IMG/VR virus record: IMGVR_UViG_3300029179_000011
Coordinates: 1 to 40,163 of that record
DNA length: 40,163 bases
DNA from: a virus
Lineage: Duplodnaviria > Caudoviricetes
Strand: one strand, 5' to 3'
Translations under genes and position numbers: made by a program
The notes under the pieces: model-generated
Databases searched by the model: none
What the model was told of the DNA's origin: nothing
The model's input: only the letters and a program-made list of their open reading frames with translations
Shown here: piece by piece, positions 35,122 to 40,163 of the stretch
Numbering within the stretch: the first letter of the stretch is position 1
How the letters are laid out: each line of letters opens with the position of its first letter

Positions 35122-35149
35122 ACGTCTGATAATATATTTTATGTTACAG
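35122..35149 (+). other. dif-like XerCD recombination site
   Basis: ACGTCTGATAA-TATATT-TTATGTTACAG; 11-6-11 layout, right arm 9/11 identical to the E. coli XerD arm TTATGTTAAAT, left arm ending in ATAA. Confidence 0.75.
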
Positions 35150-35360
35150 ATCTGTCATTCGAACAATAATGCAAATACCTAAGTATAAGAATAATAGAAA
35201 ATACATTAGCCATTCCATCATTTTTAAAATTCCAAATGCCCTCACAACTATGTATGAAGGGGGTGAATTTTTATATAGTTTGCTAAAATAATCATTAATA
35301 ATTGTTAACAATTTAACGCCCACATATACTAAAGCCAGAAAAAAAGGTAAAGGAGATTTT

Positions 35361-35576
35361 ATGGATTATGGAATTATCATTGCCGTGACTGGAGTTGGCA
35401 TAGCCATGGTAGGAGTAATGATCTCAATGATGTTTTGGATGAGAGGTGAATCAAACTCTTTGAGAGCAGAAGCTAAAGAAGACCGACGAGATATTTTGGG
35501 GATGGTTAGAGCTATCGAACTTGAAATGAAAGACTTCCATCATAAATTAATAGAAATAGAGAGGGCTAGAAAATGA
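35361..35576 (+). CDS. Small protein with N-terminal TM helix and coiled coil (paralogue of 8765..8989)
   Basis: AAGGAG RBS; ...MFWMRGESNSLR...EMKDFHHKLIEIER. Confidence 0.8.
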   Translation: MDYGIIIAVTGVGIAMVGVMISMMFWMRGESNSLRAEAKEDRRDILGMVRAIELEMKDFHHKLIEIERARK

Positions 35577-35686
35577 TAGGGTTTATCTTATTTATAGCTG
35601 GGATCTTTGGCATGCTAATTGCTTTTACTCCCTCAGATACAATAGAAGATATGGAAATGCGAGGGAAGGAAGACGGCAGTATTTAA
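35573..35686 (+). CDS. Small single-TM protein (37 aa, not in ORF track)
   Basis: ATGA-coupled; MIGFILFIAGIFGMLIAFTPSDTIEDMEMRGKEDGSI. Confidence 0.45.
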   Translation: MIGFILFIAGIFGMLIAFTPSDTIEDMEMRGKEDGSI

Positions 35687-37077
35687 GGAGCGAGGCTCTC
35701 CTCTAACTCTTCCTGGTGCTCTTTTAGAGCTTTTTCTAGAGCTTTGAGGCTCTTTTCCGTCTTAGCCACGTTGTTAGAGGCTGCGTTTTTCAGTACTTCT
35801 TGATAATGACGACGAAGCTCAGGACTCTTAACCACTCTATATCCCAACTTAAAGGCCTGATAGAGTCCTAATGCACTTCCTCCTGCTGCTCCAGCTAACC
35901 CAGTGATAGCAGGGGAGAAAATAGCTCCAGCACCAGCAGCAGCCGAAGTACCGAGTCCTAAAAGAGTCTTCATTATAGGATTGGTGATTTTATTTCCGAA
36001 ATGTTTCCGGAAGAAGTTGGAGAGTTTATTGCTCTGCTCATAGACCGCAAAAGCTCTATTGGCTTGTTTGTGGAGATCCAGAAATTCAGGATTTTGAATC
36101 TCTCCATATTTGGTTTGAGCTTCCACAATCTTATCTTTTACTTGATTGAGGTTACGAACGGCTTTTTGTTTGACTTCTCTAGGCGCCTGGATTTCGAATC
36201 CACCCGCTTCCTTGATGGCCTCATTAATTTTAGTTTGAAATTTAGGAAGTTCTTCCACAGAAATCACGCCCTCATCAGAGATGGCTGAGATTACTTCATC
36301 GATCTTATTGAGAGCAGGCTTATCGGAAGTGGCTATACCACCTTTTTTTAATTCCTTTTGCAGATCTTGCATGGAAGTTTTGAGAGCATGAGCGTCTGTT
36401 TTTGCACCTTCTGGAATAGTGCTATTACGCTGTTTAAACAAATCCCCAGCGAATTTCTTAGCCCCTCCTTGAGAGATCCTTCCACCTAAAAGGTCGAGAA
36501 ATACCATGACTCCTAAGCCCCCATAAGTGCCCTCTTTCTCGCCAAATTTACTCTTGAGGCCTTCCTTGGTAAGAGTAGATGCAATTGGAATGCCAAGATT
36601 ACGAGCGAATCCATATCCCCATGATCCTGGGAGAGCCATAGAGGCAAATGTCTCAGAGGCTTCATCTACAGCCTTTTCAAACTCATTCTTAGGCTTAGTG
36701 TAGCCAGCTGTTAGCTTTTCACTGCCTTTCTTAAGAACGTCTGAACTCAGATAGCCAATAGGAGCTTTAGGAAGGCCGAGGAGAGAAGTGATGAAATTAG
36801 AGATATCACCAGGAGCACCAAGGACAGTCTCTGCAATACGGGAGGTTGTACGGGCTTGTGCGCGCTCAATTTCTCGTTCCAGATCATTCTCACCCTCAAA
36901 GGGAAATTCTTGAGGTTTTTGTTGTTCAACTGGAACAGGTTCGGGTTCTTTTTCTTCTTCTAAATCAGCGAATACGATATTCTCAGCCGCAGCCGGAGTT
37001 TGCGGCTTAACTTTTTCCTCTTCGATCTCAATTTCTGGTTCCTCTTCATCTAAGAAGTCGAAAACAGTCTTAGGCAT
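35683..37077 (-). CDS. Putative DNA ejection / internal virion protein
   Basis: About 464 aa; acidic N-terminus, helical body, Gly/Ala-rich hydrophobic C-terminal segment; last gene of the structural operon. Confidence 0.55.
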   Translation of the reverse strand: MPKTVFDFLDEEEPEIEIEEEKVKPQTPAAAENIVFADLEEEKEPEPVPVEQQKPQEFPFEGENDLEREIERAQARTTSRIAETVLGAPGDISNFITSLLGLPKAPIGYLSSDVLKKGSEKLTAGYTKPKNEFEKAVDEASETFASMALPGSWGYGFARNLGIPIASTLTKEGLKSKFGEKEGTYGGLGVMVFLDLLGGRISQGGAKKFAGDLFKQRNSTIPEGAKTDAHALKTSMQDLQKELKKGGIATSDKPALNKIDEVISAISDEGVISVEELPKFQTKINEAIKEAGGFEIQAPREVKQKAVRNLNQVKDKIVEAQTKYGEIQNPEFLDLHKQANRAFAVYEQSNKLSNFFRKHFGNKITNPIMKTLLGLGTSAAAGAGAIFSPAITGLAGAAGGSALGLYQAFKLGYRVVKSPELRRHYQEVLKNAASNNVAKTEKSLKALEKALKEHQEELEESLAP

Positions 37078-38278
37078 TAGAAACCCTCGCAAATATTTCT
37101 ACATCATATCCAGCCTTACGGGCTGCACTTTCGGCATCTTTACCGTATCTCTGCTTGAAGACTTTAGCCTTTTCACGAGTTAAAGGCGTTCCTTTAGGTA
37201 CTTGCCTAATCACTGCGAGTTCATCAGGATTTTGCTCTTCTTTAGTCCTTTGAATCTGGTACATAAGCTGATCGCGGCGTTTATCTTCCCATTTCTGCAT
37301 ACGCTCGCCAGCTCTCTTCCCAATATTTCCACGCACAAATCCATATTCGGCCATGTCTTCATCTTCTAATTGATCGGTGAGTTTGATTTTTTCTTCTTCA
37401 CGATCAACCCAGTAATTCATGAGGTCAGCTACGATCATATTCGCTTCTTGATCTCGTCCAATTCTGACCATCGCATCGCTAATCTGCTGCTCAATCCACT
37501 GGTTGGGACGGCTTCCAGCTTTAGCTAAGTTATTGATAAAAAAGTCTTTAGTGGCAGATTTAAGAAGGGCGGAGTTTGCATTTCTAAGAGGCTCTACACC
37601 TAATACATCAGCAAACCAGGCCCCCCACCCAGAAGTATCTCCAGCAGACGCGGACTGTTTAATTAGATTTGCTGCTGTTTTCTTCTCTTGGATAGAATCT
37701 CGGATTTCGTCGGTCTTCTTGAGGATGTCTCCGGCTCTCTTCCATTCAAATTCCCTATCCGCGATAAATTTGTCTCTGAGGTCTTTTTCTTGTTTGTGGG
37801 TTTCTTTTCGGGTGGCTTCTTGCTGTTTTTGCAAGATGTTACCCAATTGCGGATTGAGGATAGAAGCGATTGTAACTTGCTCATCTGATAAATCTCCTGG
37901 TTTAAATCCACCTGATTGCCCTAATCCAGGCATTCCTTCAGATGGAGAGGTTTCTGTATCTAAGAATGGACTAGCCCCGCCTGCTCCTCCTCCCATACCT
38001 AATGCTTCTAATAGTTGAGCATTACGCTGATCTTTAGCTTTTTCTTTTAATAGAGCTGCTTGAACTGAGGGTTCCATTGCTACGTCTGGTAATCCCAAAG
38101 CCTTAGCAGTTGCCTTTTGATTGGCGATTTTTCTCTCTTCTGCTTCTACGTCTGATTTGCGTTTCCTCTCTTCTTTTTGTCTCTCTAGGAATCTGTCAAT
38201 CGTGCTATCCACTCCTGGAGAAGCATGTTGAAGAAATCTGGAGAGTTTTGAAGGGGATTGATCAATTATCTGAACCAT
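37070..38278 (-). CDS. Putative DNA ejection / internal virion protein
   Basis: 402 aa, helical and charged, at the podoviral ejection-gene position. Confidence 0.55.
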   Translation of the reverse strand: MVQIIDQSPSKLSRFLQHASPGVDSTIDRFLERQKEERKRKSDVEAEERKIANQKATAKALGLPDVAMEPSVQAALLKEKAKDQRNAQLLEALGMGGGAGGASPFLDTETSPSEGMPGLGQSGGFKPGDLSDEQVTIASILNPQLGNILQKQQEATRKETHKQEKDLRDKFIADREFEWKRAGDILKKTDEIRDSIQEKKTAANLIKQSASAGDTSGWGAWFADVLGVEPLRNANSALLKSATKDFFINNLAKAGSRPNQWIEQQISDAMVRIGRDQEANMIVADLMNYWVDREEEKIKLTDQLEDEDMAEYGFVRGNIGKRAGERMQKWEDKRRDQLMYQIQRTKEEQNPDELAVIRQVPKGTPLTREKAKVFKQRYGKDAESAARKAGYDVEIFARVSNA

Positions 38279-38285
38279 TTCGTCC

Positions 38286-38801
38286 TCACAAGAACAAAGG
38301 AATTATTTTCATTAACATCGAGGTGATATCACCGGCTGTATCCCACCCACTGCTTTTCTTCTCTAGGAACGAATCATAGGGCTTCTGACTCAAGAGATTC
38401 TGAGAGAGTCCCAATAGCCTTTCGATTGCTCCTTGCTGAAGACCTAGCCTCTGGGATTGCAGATTCTGGGCAAGATCTCCAGCTGCTCCCGATGTGGCCT
38501 GTTGGAAGGCAGAGGAGTCTAAAGCTCCAGAGCCAAAGCCTGCGAACCGGCTACCTAGCTGTCCAATAGCTTTATTAAATGAGCTGTAAGCTGGAGCTTC
38601 GAGTTGCTCAAACATCGACTCATCACCTCCTGAGAGTCTAGAGAGAAAATCTAATCCTCCTTCTAGCCCTCCTCCTCCACTTAGACCACCTAAGAGCTTT
38701 TGGAAAAGTTGCATCTGCCCAGGGGTGAAATTAGGCACATTGCGTAGTTTATACCCTGAGATATTCGCTTTTGGTGCAGAAACACCGGCTGGAGCTGACA
38801 T
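38286..38801 (-). CDS. Putative small DNA-transfer (pilot) protein
   Basis: 171 aa, Gly/Ser/Gln-rich (FTP.QMQL, GSRFAG.GSGA..SS.FQQA). Confidence 0.55.
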   Translation of the reverse strand: MSAPAGVSAPKANISGYKLRNVPNFTPGQMQLFQKLLGGLSGGGGLEGGLDFLSRLSGGDESMFEQLEAPAYSSFNKAIGQLGSRFAGFGSGALDSSAFQQATSGAAGDLAQNLQSQRLGLQQGAIERLLGLSQNLLSQKPYDSFLEKKSSGWDTAGDITSMLMKIIPLFL

Positions 38802-38809
38802 ATTGCCCT

Positions 38810-39304
38810 CTAATTTAAAATATATTCTAACACTATCATAGCACTAAATCCTGTCCAATTACCAGAATTTGTAACAATTTCTATATTCCTCGTGGTTTTA
38901 TTAACCCGAAGGTAAGGCGCATCATCTGTGCGCGTCATATTCCATGGAGTGAGAGGAACGGCAATCGTGGTCGATTCTGCTGTGCCATAGATATTTACGA
39001 ATTGAGTGGTGGCAGTAATCGCTATATTTGTAGGAATCGTGGCCGTTCCAGCATTTGGGAGAGCTGCTAGCGTATAGACTTGGCGGTAGCTCTGCCTTTT
39101 TCTCTCATTCTGGACATCATTATAGTATTTATTTCTCGTATCGATCTGAACTTTATCGTAGATTCCACATGTACTGATATTTACGTTGAATGCCGTATCA
39201 TTATAGGACTTAGAGAGAACTGTCTCTAGCTCTACAGGGTTTTGTGGAAATTTCCGAGAGGTGAGAAGGTAAGGGGATTGAAACTGATTAGAATTAGAAC
39301 TCAT
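38810..39304 (-). CDS. Putative tail-associated structural protein
   Basis: 164 aa, ATGA-coupled to the nozzle gene, beta-rich C-terminus ending IVLEY. Confidence 0.55.
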   Translation of the reverse strand: MSSNSNQFQSPYLLTSRKFPQNPVELETVLSKSYNDTAFNVNISTCGIYDKVQIDTRNKYYNDVQNERKRQSYRQVYTLAALPNAGTATIPTNIAITATTQFVNIYGTAESTTIAVPLTPWNMTRTDDAPYLRVNKTTRNIEIVTNSGNWTGFSAMIVLEYILN

Positions 39305-40024
39305 ACGAGGATCGGCCCCTTATAGAGATCGATTGCCAAGGCGTGCAGGATGATCTCCTCTTGGTTAACATTTAGATCTCTCATCTGCAATTCACTGAGA
39401 GTGATCCCTAATTGGACGGTATCCCCATTGATACTGGGACTTAATCGATGCCAAATCTGGGCTTGTCCTGCGCCAAAAGCCGTATCAATTTCTGGACAGG
39501 TGAGCATCACGTTCGTATAGGCCAAATAGGGCTGAATATTAGGATCGTTAGAGGCAGTAGCGGAGTTTTGGCTTGCATAGAGGTTAACTGTGACCTGAGG
39601 TGGCATATTACCCTCATCAGGGAAAGGAGTGGCCTCTAAGAGCAAGCGCGATGTTCCTATTCGGACTTGTCTGCCTTCTTGCCAGTAGATAGGGAATTGC
39701 TTGGTTTGTAGGAATGGCCGACTTAATTTAGCGAAGACCCCGCCACCGATATACACTCCAGTAAACACATCATTTATAGAGAAGACGTCAGCTGTTTGGA
39801 CTGTGACTTGCTGAACGGTTCCATTGAGATTCGTAGATCCCATCATTTGGGAAATATAGATAAAGTCGCCTGTTAGAAGGCCGTGATCTGGTGAAGTGAT
39901 CGTATTGGGGATCACGCCTGTATTAATGGCTTGAATAAATCGGGTTTGCTGCTCTGAAGTTCCGAGTCCTCTCATCACCACAAAGCCCTGCTGATTCCCT
40001 CCGATAATAACTGGCTGGAAGGAG
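39301..40024 (-). CDS. Tail nozzle / DNA stabilisation protein, C-terminal part (joined to 1..1901)
   Basis: Frame stays open upstream of 39981 through the terminal repeat (...WSVWTDPWDFGLTNSFQPVIIGGNQQGFVVMRG...). Confidence 0.75.
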
Positions 40025-40143
40025 TTGGTTAGACCGAAATCCCAAGGATCTGTCCATACAGACCATGATGGATAAATACTACCAATATTAGACCAAGTCC
40101 TATTGGTGGAACGTCTTAGAGTTCCATAGGTAGTGAAGCTCTC
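40025..40143. repeat. Terminal direct repeat, right copy
   Basis: Identical to bases 1-119. Confidence 0.97.
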
Positions 40144-40146
40144 CCA

Positions 40147-40163
40147 GATCGTGACTGGGAAAC
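40147..40163 (-). other. Library artefact: random-amplification (round A/B, SISPA-type) primer tag
   Basis: GATCGTGACTGGGAAAC is the reverse complement of GTTTCCCAGTCACGATC, the M13-derived tag primer. Confidence 0.9.

Noticed and set aside
1-40024. CRISPR array, tRNA genes or alternative genetic code
   Set aside because: No regularly spaced repeats or canonical tRNA found by eye; core genes are full length under the standard code
40144-40163. Terminal sequence as a vector or host junction
   Set aside because: It matches the random-amplification tag primer; a library artefact

Overview
This window is an apparently complete circular genome (40,024 bp) of a tailed dsDNA phage with podovirus-like virion genes. 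Bases 1-119 are repeated at 40025-40143, and the last 17 nt are a random-amplification primer artefact. Virion genes include a P22-like portal, scaffold, N4-gp56-family major capsid, head-tail adaptor, an ~874-aa tail nozzle gene split across the window ends, three probable ejection proteins, a divergent cluster of beta-helix tailspike/fibre genes, and small and large terminase. Replication and recombination genes are lambdoid-like: Cro-like HTH, initiator with internal iterons, DnaC-like loader, RusA, ERF and YqaJ. No integrase, canonical CI repressor or recognisable endolysin is seen. Instead there is a plasmid-maintenance kit: ParA plus a ribbon-helix-helix partner with two ~11-bp-phased ATAT arrays, a XerCD dif-like site, and a candidate antisense RNA over the initiator ribosome-binding site. 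Together these suggest a phage-plasmid. Several genes (YhhQ queuosine-precursor transporter, two small TM/coiled-coil paralogues, a Cys-rich secreted protein) look chlamydial to me, so an environmental Chlamydiota host is inferred but not proven. Unusual cargo: a signal-less tandem double-HiPIP protein, a Tad2/DUF2829-like protein, an orphan YhhQ and two GC-rich structured intergenic regions. All family assignments come from motif recognition by eye; no searches were run.
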